Of a stretch of 64,000 nucleotides of DNA, positions 39,601 through 54,677 are shown piece by piece. Every line of letters starts with the position of its first letter. The first letter of the stretch is position 1. Below the pieces are notes generated by a model, which had not been told where the DNA came from, made no database searches, and saw only the letters and a list, made by a program, of their open reading frames with translations. Source of the DNA: Eledone cirrhosa (lineage: Eukaryota); contig OZ024743.1 of assembly GCA_964016885.1 (NCBI GenBank), forward strand, positions 96,038,001 to 96,102,000, given 5' to 3'. The position numbers and the translations under genes are program-made.

Positions 39601-41208
39601 GTGTATCGTGTACAGTGTTATATCTATTGTGGCTAGTGTACAGTATAATATACAGTCTGTAAGGTACAGTGTATCGTGTACAGTGTTACATCTATTGTGG
39701 CTAGTGTAAAGTATAATATACAGTCTGTAAGGTACAGTGTATCGTGTACAGTGTTATATCTATTGTGGCTAGTGTACAGTATAATATACAGTCTGTAAGG
39801 TACAGTGTATCGTGTACAGTGTTACATCTATTGTGGCTAGTGTACAGTATAATATACAGTCTGTAAGGTACAGTGTATCGTGTACAGTGTTATGTCTATT
39901 GTGGCTAGTGTACAGTATAATATACAGTCTGTAAGGTACAGTGTATCGTGTACTGTGTTATATCTATTGTGGCTAGTGTACAGTATAATATACAGTCTGT
40001 AAGGTACAGTGTATCTTGTACAGTGTTATATCTATTGTGGCTAGTGTACAGTATAATATACAGTCTGTAAGGTACAGTGTATCGTGTACAGTGTTACATC
40101 TATTGTGGCTAGTGTACAGTATAATATACAGTCTGTAAGGTACAGTGTATCGTGTACAGTGTTACATCTATTGTGGCTAGTGTACAGTATAATATACAGT
40201 CTGTAAGGTATAGTGTATCGTGTACAGTGTTACATCTATTGTGGCTAGTGTACAATATAATATACAGTCTGTAAGGTACAGTGTATCGTGTACTGTGTTA
40301 TATCTATTGTGGCTAGTGTACAGTATAATATACAGTCTGTAAGGTACAGTGTATCGTGTACAGTGTTACATCTATTGTGGCTAGTGTACAGTATAATATA
40401 CAGTCTGTAAGGTACAGTGTATCGTGTATAGTGTTATATCTATTGTGGCTAGTGTACAGTATAATATACATTCTGTAAGGTACAGTGTATCGTGTACAGT
40501 GTTACATCTATTGTGGCTAGTGTACAATATATTTTACAGTCTGTAAGGTACAGTGTATCGTGTACAGTGTTACATCTATTGTGGCTAGTGTACAGTATAA
40601 TATACAGTCTGTAAGGTACAGTGTATCGTGTACAGTGTTATATCTATTGTGGCTAGTGTACAGTATAATATACAGTCTGTATGGTACAGTGTATCGTGTA
40701 CAGTGTTATATCTATTGTGGCTAGTGTACAGTATAATATACAGTCTGTAAGGTACAGTGTATCGTGTATAGTGTTATGTCTATTGTGGCTAGTGTACAAT
40801 ATAATATACAGTCTGTAAGGTACAGTGTATCGTGTACAGTGTTACATCTATTGTGGCTAGTGTACAGTATAATATACAGTCTGTAAGGTACAGTGTATCG
40901 TGTACAGTGTTATATCTATTGTGGCTAGTGTACAGTATAATATACAGTCTGTAAGGTACAGTGTATCGTGTACAGTGTTATATCTATTGTGGCTAGTGTA
41001 CAATATAATATACAGTCTTTAAGGTGCAGTGTATCGTGTACAGTGTTACATCTATTGTGGCTAGTGTACAGTATAATATACAGTCTGTAAGGTACAGTGT
41101 ATCGTTTACACTGTTATATCTATTGTGGCTAGTGTACAGTATAATATACAGTCTGCAAGGTACAGTGTATCGTGTCCAGTGTTATATCTATTGTGGCTAG
41201 TGTACAGT
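36657..41208. repeat. 68-bp satellite, ~67 copies, consensus CAGTCTGTAAGGTACAGTGTATCGTGTACAGTGTTATATCTATTGTGGCTAGTGTACAGTATAATATA
   Basis: CAGTCTG recurs at 36661, 36729, 36797 and onward. No length variants were noticed. Confidence 0.97.
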
Positions 41209-41349
41209 AAAGTTGTATATGATATGTGTATGTTATAGTGTATTTACTGGTTTGTGTTCTGTGTACACCTAATTATCATTTGATCATATAAACAATCATT
41301 CTATAACAGAAAATAATGTGACAGTATTGAGTTTATGCTTTGAATGTAT

Positions 41350-44305
41350 CATACAACATACCTATAGCTGCCTATACAACACTTCACGAGAGCTGCCTAT
41401 ACAACATACCTATTGCTGCCTATACAACACTTCACTATAGCTGCCTATACAACATTCCTATTGCTGCCTATACAACATAACTATTGATACCTATACAACA
41501 TACCTATTGCTACCTATACAACATACCTATTGCTACCTATACAACATAACTATTGCTACCTATACATCATAACTATTGCTACCTATACAACACTTCCCTA
41601 TTGCTACCTATACAACGTACCTATTGCTACCTATACAACATAGCTATTGCTACCTATACAACATATCTATTGCTACCTATACAACATAACTATTGCTACC
41701 CATACAACATAACTATTGCTACCTATACAACATACCTATTGCTACCTGTACAACATAACTATTGCTACCTATACAACATAACTATTACTACTTATACAAC
41801 ATACCTATTACTACCTATACAACATACCTATTGCTACCTATGCAACATACCTATTGCTACCCATACAACATAACTATTACTACTTATACAACATAATTAT
41901 TGCTACCTATACAACATAACTATTGCTACTATAGAACATAACTATTCCTACCTATGCAACATAACTATTGCTACCTATACAACATACCTATTGCTACCTA
42001 TATTACATAACTATTGCTACCTATACAACATACCTATTGCTACCTATACAACATACCTATTGCTACCTATACAACATACCTATTGCTACCTATACAACAC
42101 TTCCCTATTGCTACCTATACAACATACCTATTGCTCCCTATACAACATACCTATTGCTACCTATACAACATAACTATTGCTACCTATACAACATAACCAT
42201 TGTTACCTATACAACATACCTATTGCTACCTATACAACATAACTATTGCTACGTATACAACACACCTATTACTACCTATACAACCTACCTATTTCTACCT
42301 ATACAACATACCTATTGCTACCTATGCAACATACCTATTGTTACCTATACAACATAACTATTGCTACCTTTACAACATAACCATTGTTACCTATACAACA
42401 TAACTATTGCTACCTATACAACATAACTATTGCTCCCTATACAACATAACTATTGCTACCTATACAACATACCTATTGCTACCTATACAACATACCTATT
42501 GCTACCTATACAACATACATATTGCTACTTATACAACATAACTATTGCTACCTATACAACATAACTATTGCTACCTATACAACAATTCCCCATTGCTACC
42601 TATACAACATACCTATTGCTACCTATACAACATACCTATTGCTACCTATACAACACTTCCCTATTGCTACCTATACAACATACCTATTACTACCTATACA
42701 ACATACCTATTGCTATCTATACAACATACCTATTGCTACCTATACAACATACCTATTGCTACCTATACAACATAACTATTGCTACCTATACATCATAACT
42801 ATTGCTACCTATACAACACTTCCCTATTGCTACCTATACAACGTACCTATTGCTACCTATACAACATAGCTATTGCTACCTATACAACATATCTATTGCT
42901 ACCTATACAACATAACTATTGCTACCTATACAACATAACTATTGCTACCTATACAACATACCTATTGCTACCTGTACAACATAACTATTGCTACCTATAC
43001 AACATAACTATTACTACTTATACAACATACCTATTACTACCTATACAACATACCTATTGCTACCTATGCAACATACCTATTGCTACCCATACAACATAAC
43101 TATTACTACTTATACAACATAACTATTGCTACCTATATAACATAACTATTGCTACTATAGAACATAACTATTCCTACCTATGCAACATAACTATTGCTAC
43201 CTATACAACATACCTATTGCTACCTATATTACATAACTATTGCTACCTATACAACATACCTATTGCTACCTATACAACATAACTATTGCTACCTATACAA
43301 CATAACTATTGCTACCTATACAACATACCTATTGCTACCTATACAACATACCTATTGCTACCTATACAACATACATATTGCTACTTATACAACATAACTA
43401 TTGCTACCTATACAACATAACTATTGCTACCTATACAACACTTCCCCATTGCTACCTATACAACATACCTATTGCTACCTATACAACATACCTATTGCTA
43501 CCTATACAACACTTCCCTATTGCTACATATACAACATACCTATTACTACCTATACAACATACCTATTGCTACCTATACAACATACCTATTGCTACCTATA
43601 CAACATACCTATTGCTACCTATACAACACTTCCCTATTGCTACCTATACAACATACCTATTGCTACCTATACAACATACCTATTGCTACCTATACAACAT
43701 AACTATTGCTACCTATGCAACATACCTATTGTTACCTATACAACATAACTATTGCTACCTTTACAACATAACCATTGTTACCTATACAACATAACTATTG
43801 CTACCTATACAACATAACTATTGCTACCTATACAACATAACTATTGCTACCTATACAACATACCTATTGCTACCTATACAACATACCTATTGCTACCTAT
43901 ACAACATACCTATTGCTACTTATACAACATAACTATTGCTACCTATACAACATAACTATTGCTACCTATACAACATACCTATTGCTACCTATACAACACT
44001 TCCCTATTGCTACCTATACAACATACCTATTGCTACCTATACAACATACCTATTGCTACCTATACAACACTTCCTTATTGCTACCTATACAACATACCTA
44101 TTACTACCTATACAACATACCTATTGCTACCTATACAACACTTCCCTCTTGCTACCTATACAACATACCTATTGCTACCTATACAACATACCTATTGCTA
44201 CCTATACAACATAACTACTATTACCTATTCCACCTAGCCATTACTACTTATACCACATATATAATGCTACCTATATAACATAGCTGTTTTTGTCTATACA
44301 ACATT
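41350..44305. repeat. 23-bp satellite (TACAACATACCTATTGCTACCTA) with a 25-bp variant (TACAACACTTCCCTATTG...), ~125 copies
   Basis: Period read directly; edges are diverged. ORFs here are translation artefacts. Confidence 0.97.
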
Positions 44306-44310
44306 ATAAG

Positions 44311-44494
44311 GGCGCTGGATTGGCAGTATCGGTAGAGCGTCAGACACCAATCTTTGTAGCATAGAGTTATGGCCCTTTACTTTCTGAGTTCAAATCCCAC
44401 TGAGGTTAGCTTTGCCTTACAGGGTCGATAAAATAAAGTACCAGTAATGCACTGATATAATTGCTGGCCTTGTGCCAAAAGTAGAAACACTTAT
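44311..44494 (+). mobile_element. tRNA-derived SINE
   Basis: GGATTGGCAGTATCGGTAGAG...GAGTTCAAATCCC...AAATAAAGTACCAG...GTAGAAACA. Confidence 0.85.
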
Positions 44495-45969
44495 TGTATA
44501 TAACTAGTACTGACCGCTATAAAATACAATAGTTTCAGATTTTATTTGTTGAACTCTGAAAGAAAAGAAATATGTTTCTGGTATGAGTTTAAGGCCACGA
44601 AATCATCTTGATCTTGATCCCATGAAAACAACATTAATAAATTCACTTTGCTGAAGTGATTTTATAAATCCAAGAATTGTGTTTCGGAAAGTGTTTGTCG
44701 CTTAAAACGTCTTAACGCATCATTTTATATTGTACAATTTTAGAAATGCATTGATGAAATAAGGAATTAAAATGTTTTAACTGTGAGTATATAATAACAA
44801 ACTGTCTGTCTGATTGTTACTAGTTAAAATAAAATCACAACAATGTATAAACATGTAAATTTGTTGTTGATCTCTATCATTCTGTCACCTTCGCTGGAAG
44901 AAATGGGCTGATCAGATCTGGAGAGGGATGGGCTCCAACAGGCTTTAAATTCCTTAAATTCCTAAAACATTCCCTTTGTCACTACGGCGCTCCTTCGACC
45001 TCACACATAGTTACGGCCCATGCATACATCGATAAACTAAGGAATTAAATTGTTTTAACTGTGTGTATATAATAAGGAATTGTGTTCTTATTGTTTTAGT
45101 TAAAATCAAATCACAACAATGTTTAAACATGTAAATTTGAGATGTGGTATAGGAAGTTATTTCATATCTTTATGTTCGACGCAGGAATTACAGTGTGTGG
45201 CAGTATCCCAAATAGTTAAGAATAAGTATGTAAAGATGAATCAGAGAAGAAATCAACAGAACATTTAGAGTTGTCTCAGAAAGTTCAGTGTTTTGTAGTT
45301 GAGAGTGAATCGTTCTTTTATATCTAAATTACTAAAGTAGAAATCTTAGCTAAAGCATATTAGCATATTGATGACTCAGCACATTTGTACTTCATGGTTG
45401 TAGATATTGCGCAATGTTAAGTGAATATAAATGTTTCCTATTGTAGCATATAACGGTCAATAAAAGAATAAAGGATAAGAAAATAAAAATTTGTTTTATA
45501 TTAATAATCCATACAAGAAATGTGTTTGTGTGTGTGTGCGAGAGAGAGAGGGGGTGAGCGTGTAGTGTATGTGTGCGCCTATGTTTTTCTATGTATATGT
45601 GTGTATATATGTATTGTTTTAATATTAAACCCCCTTAAATTATTATTTTGGTTCAGCTTTGTAGATGTCAAACATATAGATGTTAAAATATCTGGATATT
45701 TCCATTAGGGAGCAGTCAACAATTTGACGAATGTACCGCACTACCTTCTCTCCTGTGCCTGACATAGACAAGACATTCCTTAAAATCTGTGCATGACCTG
45801 TAGCATTGCGTCAATTCCGATTCTATTTACACACTGACGTTGAGTGCTTTTCTCCTGTCACCCATGGATGCTGAGGGGAGCGACACAATCTTTGCCCCAG
45901 CTACCAATTAGGTAAAACACTATAACACACACACATAATCACACAACCACACACACATAAACACACACA

Positions 45970-46015
<46 letters not shown>

Positions 46016-46016
<1 letters not shown>

Positions 46017-48665
46017 TAGCAGCTGAGCCCGGTTGCACTCAAGGCTACTCGGGGCCACTTTTTATTAAGTTAATAAGTTGAGGGGAGACGTGAAGAGAGT
46101 GGTTTGACAGAGAGACATTGGGTAGAGTAGGGTTCAAAGATGTTATTGCAAGGCTTCTTTGTAGACAACGTTCCTGGTGTTGCCCGGGTTACCACAAATG
46201 AAGAGATTGTGTGGACTGCCGACAAGGGACCATCCGACCTATAGTTGACCATGGGAAAATACCTTCTGTGTTAGATTTGGGCCAACCACTTGCAGCGTTT
46301 GTCCTTGTGCTTTGTTAATGCTCATTGCAAAGCGGAGTTTTATGGGAAACTGCCATCGCGTAAATTCATAGGGGACGTCAGAGGGACTAAGGTTCATAGG
46401 GGTAATTAACCTGGTCACGCCAGCAGCGGATCCGCTCAAAATGGTTGTGTCAGAGAATTTGATTCCTTATTTCTTTTATGATTAAACGCGTTCCGTTGCA
46501 TAGTTCTGGTGTATCCAGGTTTCTCAGCAGCATAACTGGCACACCAACCTTCAGTTTCAGATCATGAGGAGGAAGTCCTGGAGGTAGTTGACTGTTGAGG
46601 AATTCAATTGGGTAGATGACGGCGTCATCTGCGTTTTTATTGGTGTCAATTGACTTGAAGGAGACTTCATTTCCGGGAATCTGATCGAGTAGTTTTTGGT
46701 TCATCACGTCAACAGTGGCAATGTGTGGTGCCAAAATAGCTCTTCCTTTCAGCCAGGCGTGATCATGGAATCGTGATTCAAGGTCTGGAAATACAGATGA
46801 CATTAATTTGTCAATGTTTGACACAACGTTCCCAAAAGGTAAACGGATATGCTCTTCATCCACGCCAGATATAGTTCCATTACCAACTTCCAGTAGATGT
46901 TTTGAGAAATCGATGGAGTCTGTGTCACCATGCACATCCAAAGGCCGCCTTGTGACTCATGGTAGCCAGGTCCCATATGATCAGGCAGTAACTCAGAAAG
47001 AAGATGCGCTTTAGGGTCGCCACATGTAGGATTCTCCTTCTTTGCAATGTCCAAAGGCAATTTGAATGCGGAGTGTGCCGTACGACCGCCATGTAGCAGT
47101 GTCTATGCAACACCACTGGAGGCGATCGCTAAAGCAATCCGCTTGGCTTTTCGTAGCTTCGCAAGCAAAAGGTTGATGAGAAAAGTTTTTCCTATTCCGC
47201 CAGGAGCATCCAGGAAAAATAGCCGTCCCTCATTTGAATTGACACTGAAGAGAATTCTGTCATATGCTCGTCTCTGGTCATGCAAAAGTCTGGGTTCGTC
47301 CTGAGCTACCTGATGTGTCATATCGTCCATGTTGTAATATAACTCACGCATGAACTCCACATCTAAAGCACTGTGAGTGTTTCGAGGTTGTGGCAAACCG
47401 AAATCAGATACACCGCCAACTCCAAGAGCTTTAAGATTGTTGTCCATGTCGATGAGGGCCTCATTGTACACCGCGTCGTTGAAAACAAAGCCAGCCGCTG
47501 GATCTTCTGCTCGTAGTCTACGGAGGATGTCCTCTGACATGTTATCCTTATGCGTTTCCCAAAGTTTAAGGGGCTCACCTATGCCGCAGAACAATAGCAT
47601 TATTCAAAACAGACGTCTCATTTCTCGAGGCATCTTACATTCAGCAGCCTCTGTCAACGCTACGTTCAGGTGGGCATCATCCTCGAGTAGCCCGCGCTTC
47701 ACGCACGTGTTCCTGTAACTGGAACAAATGTGGCCATCGAAAAGTCTTAGGTCGGCGAATGACTTGGACCCTTTGATTTGATGCAGCAACATTCGCAGGA
47801 AAAAGCAGTCTTGTTGCTTCGGATGAACATTGTACACGCGTCCGATGGCATTACTTCTGAAGACACCTACCCAATCCTCAATCCTTTCCCCTTGTCGCCG
47901 CCGATGCCATTTTTTGTTCGACCAAGTGAAGTAGGTAGGTACATCGACGTAAAAGAGGGTAACTACAAACGTATCGACAGAACATAGCTTAAAAAATGCT
48001 GTAAGCATCGTCCCAGGTGGCTGTTCGGCAGCAACCGATGCGGTTTCCTCAGTGAAATAAACGCGTTGACCATTCTCTAAGTGAACATCCAATTTAACAA
48101 CTGCTGGAGAGGACCGGTGAATTTCAAGTCCCAAAATGCGCCAAGCCGCCATATTGGACGAAATGTATCTTCCCATCATGAACTTAGTAATTTCGTCTTT
48201 TGATTCTACGCCATCACTGAGGCCAACCACCGCCATGTCGCCGCCTTTGTTGATGTATTTGCAGATGTATTTAATGCCTTTAACAGATGTGCAGGACTCC
48301 ACGTTGATGTGAAGCATTAAAGAATTTAGCAAGCAAAGGGCTGTAAGGCACCACCCAGCTGTTGTCAATGTCGTATTCTTTCTCTTTCTTCTTAATCCTA
48401 GCCGAAAGGCCGCTAAAATCGGGAGCACGCTGCCGGTAGATGGGGTAGCCGTCAACCCTAGTGCAAGTTTCCCTGGTGAAGGCGCTGGTGAGTGTTTGGT
48501 GCACTTGTTCCCAAGCGAAAAATGAATGTCATTGTTTACGTATAAGGAATTGAAAATGCTTCACTGATGGATATAAAAGTATTTTAGGTTAAATAGTATA
48601 GGGAGGTGTGCACATACATACATACATACACACACACACAACGCTCAGCTTTATATAAGTATAGT
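46016..48665 (-). mobile_element. Decayed, internally deleted autonomous-type Helitron
   Basis: Minus-strand 3' end is an imperfect GC hairpin plus CTAG (46016-19) abutting (TA)n. The 5' end resembles CTATACTTATATAAAGCTGAG (~48664). RepHel remnants lie inside. Confidence 0.88.
46239..48504 (-). pseudogene. Helitron RepHel (Rep C-terminal part plus Pif1/SF1 helicase), disrupted
   Basis: DGYPIYRQR, DNSWVVPYSP, HINVESCTSVKGIKYICKYINKG, LDVHLENGQRVYF, FLDAPGGIGKTF, AIASSGVA*..GGRTAHSAF, NLDTPELCNGTRL, QFPIKLRFAMSINKAQGQT, VFSHGQL. Contains stops, frameshifts and deletions. Confidence 0.93.
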
Positions 48666-49150
48666 GGGTATGTGTGTATATGTGTGTGTGTGCTATGTGA
48701 GCGACGACAGATCAAAAATATATTACACGTGACTGAAAGTTAACTAAAGTTTGATGGTCCCTCTGTCTCTTTCTCTCTCTCTGAATATCTAACACTTTAA
48801 TTGTATCTCTCTCTGTCTAACGGCCTATCTCTCTCTGCAGTGTTGTCATATAGGGAGTGAAGAGCGACAGAGAGAGTAAAGCAGTTAAATTATAGTGAGG
48901 GGGAATGATCTATTATAGAGATAGGAAAGAGCGACGGAGAGAGTAAAGCTAAGAAATTTAAAGAGGTAAAATAGATAGAAAAAGATCATCTTTTTGCCCA
49001 AGAGACCACATTTTTCAATTTAGAGAACTCCAAGTAGACCTGTCGCTTCCTCGGCACCTTTTACATTGATGTGTGAATTTTCGTGACAATCAGATCATCG
49101 GTACTACCCTTTTGCCTGTATCAGACAATTTTCGCTCATTTCACATTTAT

Positions 49151-49152
49151 AT

Positions 49153-49243
<91 letters not shown>

Positions 49244-49713
49244 GTCACAAAAAGAACGATGTTTAGATCGTCATTCCATTTATTGAGATGTGACGCGCCT
49301 GTCTGTTTGTTTGATTGTTTATTTTTTCAAGAACTCCTCCTATGGTCTTGGAGATAGACCCCCATAACCATATATATTCTGAATCTACATTGTCCAGGGT
49401 ACTTGGATAAGTATATTTCATTTTAATCATAGGGTTACCCCAGGGGCACAAACTCCCGCTGAAAATTTATTCCCTTCGATTTATATGAAATTTAAGCCAT
49501 AGGTAAATGACAAAATATGATGCCTATTCACAAAATTTCAGCAAATTTCAAAAAATAATGTTTTCCAATTTTTCATGCATTACATTTTACATTGAGTAAT
49601 ATTGAAATGCAGAGTTTTTCTGCATAAATCTCACTGATTTAAAATCAATCATCATTTTCTTACAAAAAAAAAAAGATGTGTGAAACGCAGCAAGGTGCGG
49701 GTAATTCGGCTAG
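49151..49713 (+). mobile_element. Probable short non-autonomous Helitron (5' end uncertain)
   Basis: 3' CGCAGCAAGGTGCGGG..CTAG(49710-13)T. A (TG)n/GTTT-rich 5' region is as in other Helitrons. Confidence 0.45.
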
Positions 49714-49952
49714 TATATCATTGAACGAAGCTCATCAAATAGAATAGACACAGCTTCGGTGATCTTTTCCTCACTCAATCAATAATATGAATTATTAAAA
49801 TTCTAACCGATTAGAGTGTACATATAAATATCAGTGGGGAAGACTTCGTGTGGGTAGGAAATGTGGATTACCCGGACCGATGGACCCGTTTCTACCATCT
49901 ACCGGTGGTGGTACGAAGGGAAATAGAATGTACAGAAATTACATATACATTA

Positions 49953-50012
<60 letters not shown>

Positions 50013-50270
50013 ATGTGTGTGTGTGTGTGTGTGTCTGTGTGTGTGTGTCTGTGTGTGTGTCTATGTGTGTGTGTATGTGTGTGTGTGTATTGATTAGACA
50101 TATACACGAGTGAACGCATATCCATGTATAGACCGTATATAAACACATAAACTCACATATTTACAATTCGCTCGAATCCTTTTCACAAATAAAAGTAACT
50201 CTGATGGCGAACAACTTAATGTTGAAGAACTTAAATATATCAGAAATACATACATACATACATACATACA

Positions 50271-51004
<734 letters not shown>

Positions 51005-51110
51005 TACACACATACACACATACATACATACATACATACATAGAAACATGCATCTATGCATGCATTCATGCATACATACAAACATATATACATACGTACA
51101 TACATACATA

Positions 51111-51730
51111 CAAGAGTACTGGTGGAATGTTCCAGTAAAAACCCCAATAAAATGCAGGCATGACAGACCAGATATTATGATATGGGACAGGGAGAAGAAA
51201 ACATGCACAGTAGTGGAAATTAGCTGCCCAGCAGATGCCAATATAATATCAAAGATTAGTGAAAAGGAGAATATTTATGCAGAACTGATGAGAAATCTGC
51301 AGATACTCCACCCTGATTACACCTTCAGATTTATGCCTGTGATTATTGGGGCACTGGGGTATGTTAGTAACTGCCTCAATACAAATCTTGAGAAGCTAGG
51401 CTTCACAGGAACAGAAAGAACACAACTAGTTAGGAAATTACAAGTACAATCCATTAATGGAACAGTAAAAATATGTAAAACATTCCAAAAACTTTACATC
51501 TAATAAATGCATATACACATGTACAGATACAAAGCATATACACATCCACACATACAACTCAAAACATACACATCCACACATACAATAACATCCATATCTA
51601 GACATGCATGCATACATAATCTACTTAGTTGATGTTGTGTAAATTCCAATGAGAGAGTCTTGTTTCTATGTTAGAAACCGACTCTGTCTCTATTGGCAAA
51701 TAAATTTGTGAAATTATAAAACCAGAAGAA
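51111..51730 (+). mobile_element. R4/Dong-like RLE non-LTR retrotransposon, 5'-truncated copy A (endonuclease plus 3' UTR)
   Basis: [38 protein letters not shown]...K..Y, a PD-(D/E)xK-type RLE. It ends AAAACCAGAAGAA followed by (CATA)n. Confidence 0.9.
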
Positions 51731-51781
51731 CATACATACATACATACATACATACATACATACATACATACATACATACAT

Positions 51782-54221
51782 AAAAAAACTGATATTCTAT
51801 CGGGGGTATCTTACTGACCTCTACCAACAAGTTCTTAAGGGAGATACACTTATAGCAGAATGGTTGACATTAGCACAAACATTACTGGTCCCCAAGAACA
51901 AAGACACCCACTTGGCAAAAAACTACCGACCCATTGCATGCCAGAACCTGATGTATAAGATGTATACAGCCTGCCTGAACCTATTTTTCCAAGATCACTG
52001 TGAAAATAATAACATCATCACAGATGAACAAGCAGCTGGAAAGAAAGGGGTTGGGGATGTGCTGAACAACTCCTAATCAACAAAACTGCGATGTCGGATG
52101 TGCGACAACTTAGGAGGAGTATGGCTACAGTCTGGCTGGACTACAGGAAAGCTTTCGACTCTGTTCCCCACTCTTGGATGATAGAGGCCCTCCAACTTGC
52201 TAAAGTCCCAGATATTATTGTCAGAACCATAGAGAGGCTGTCTTCTTATTGGGCTACTATCCTAAGGTTAAAGACAGAGAGGGAGGATTCTATTTTCACT
52301 GATAAAATAAAATATTGCAGGGGGATATTTTAGGGGGACAGTCTCTCTGTGATATTATTCATCTTGTCATTAAACCCTTTGTCCTTTCTGCTCAAGAAAT
52401 GTGATGGATACATCATTGGCTCACAGGAGGACAGAAATACGAACCTAACCCATAATTTCTTTGTGGACGATTTGAAACTCTATGCCAAGAACATGGATGG
52501 GATGAAGAAAAATCTTGACCTGGTTACAACGTTCTCAAAGTATATAGGAATGGAATTTGACCAAGATAAATGCTCATACATGACTGTAAAGCGGGGAAAA
52601 ACAACAACCCAATCTAGCAACATTGTCATCAATGGCCTAACTGTTTCACCGATATCTGATGAGGACTGCTACAGATACCTGGGGATAGATGAGAAAACAT
52701 CCTATAATGGTATCTGTAATAAAGAACGCGTAACCAGGGAATACTACACCCGATTAAGAAAGATCTGGTCATCGGAACTCTCTGCGCAAAACAGAACAGT
52801 GGCTCACAATGTGTTTGCTGTGCCTCTCCTAACACCAACGTTTGGAATACTCAATTGGACGATAGACGAAATCCGAGCAGTTGATGTTGGAACTAGAAAA
52901 ATACTAAACAACACCGGAAACTTCCACATCAACAGTGACATAGACCGCCTTTACTTGAAACGTAAGCAGGGAGGCAGAGTCCTAACATCAGTCCAGACAA
53001 CATTTGAATGCCGCATCATTTCTCTCGGACATCTACGAACCTCGAAGCGCAGGAGCCCGTTTCTTGAGCAAGTCTATCAGCATGAAACAGATAAGATCAT
53101 GAGAGTTGGGAAGGAACTCCTCGAGAGATATTCCCTGTGTGATAATCAAAAACTCACACCCAAGGAAGTCGCTCGCAAGTATCGCAGTGAATCCATGGAT
53201 GAAAACATGCATGCTTATCAGCAAAAGATCATGCATGGATATGTTGCCAGGAAGCTCCAGAGTGAGAGTAATATAGATAAGGAAAGTAGTCTATCTTCGA
53301 CCACAACCGTTATATTGGTTCCCACTTTGAAGGATACGCTTTTGCAATCCGAGAACAGGAGATTAACACGAAATACCTGATTCACAAAAGCGATAGGGAT
53401 GCAGGAAAAACATCTAGATGTGATAACAAGTGCAGACTGCAGAAATAACATCGAGGATATCACCCATGTCATCAGCAGCTGTCCAAAGATGTCATCGCCT
53501 ACTATCTACCTATGAGGCATGATGAGGTGGCCAAAACACTGTACAATGCAGTTCGTAAAAAAGATAGCCCCGATAATAAACACATTAAAAGCTACAGCAA
53601 TGTGGAAGAGTACTGGTGGAATGTTCCAGTAATAACCCCAATAAAATGCAGACATAACAGACCAGATATTATGATATGAGACAGGGAGAAGAAAGCATGC
53701 ACAGTAGTGGAAATTAGCTGCCCAGCAGATGCCAATATAATATCAAAGATTAGTGAAAAGGAGAATATTTATGCAGAACTGATGAGAAATCTGCAGATAC
53801 TCCACCCTGATTACACCTTCAGATTTATGCCTGTGATTATTGGGGCACTGGGATATGTTAGTAACTGCCTCAATACAAATCTTGAGAAGCTAGGCTTCAC
53901 AGGAACAGAAAGAACACAACTAGTTAGGAAACTACAAATACAATCCATTAATGGAACAGTAAAAATATGTAAAACATTACAAAAAGTTTGCATCTAATAA
54001 CTGCATATACACATGTACAGATACAAAGCATATACACAAGCACACATACAACTCAAAACATCCACATCCACACATACAATAACATCCATATCTAGACATG
54101 CATGCATACATAATCTACCTAGTTGATGTTGTAAATTCCAAGAGAGAGTATTGTGTCTATGTTAGAAACCGACTCTCTCTCTATTGGCAAATAAATTTGT
54201 GAAATGATAAAACCAGAAAAA
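51782..54221 (+). mobile_element. R4/Dong-like RLE retrotransposon, copy B (RT, CCHC and RLE; frameshifted)
   Basis: NYRPIAC, VWLDYRKAFDSVPH, RGIF*GDSLS, HNFFVDDLKLY, YRYLGI, RLYLKRKQGGR, C..C..EDITHVISSC, RHD, RPDI..VEISCP. Flanked by (CATA)n on both sides. Confidence 0.93.
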
Positions 54222-54366
54222 CATACATACACACATACATACATGCATACGTACATGCATATATTCATATATGCATACATACAAACATATATCCATACAT
54301 ACATTCATACATATATGATGGCTGCCCCCATCGTTATCGAGTATGGTCATTGCACGAGAAAAAAAC

Positions 54367-54397
<31 letters not shown>

Positions 54398-54677
54398 TAA
54401 TAATAAGGACGACAACGACAATAATAATTAACATATATATACACACACACACGCACATTTAAATATATCTATACACACAAACACACGATAACAATACATA
54501 CATACATACATAATACATACATTCATATATATACTTATATACGTAGGTACATGCAAACATACATACATATATTCATATATATATTTACATATGTAGGTAA
54601 ATCCATACATGCATACATACATACATAAATACTAACATACATACATACATACATACAAACATATATACCAAAATACA

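Noticed and set aside
41553-44278. YCY/TYTT repeat ORFs
   Set aside because: Translations of the 23-bp satellite in all three frames.
1-44305. Satellites as CRISPR-like arrays
   Set aside because: No unique spacers, no cas genes, and the context is eukaryotic.
49850-49925. Hairpin plus GAAAC..GTC on the minus strand near (TA)n
   Set aside because: No CUGANGA half and only one copy in the window.
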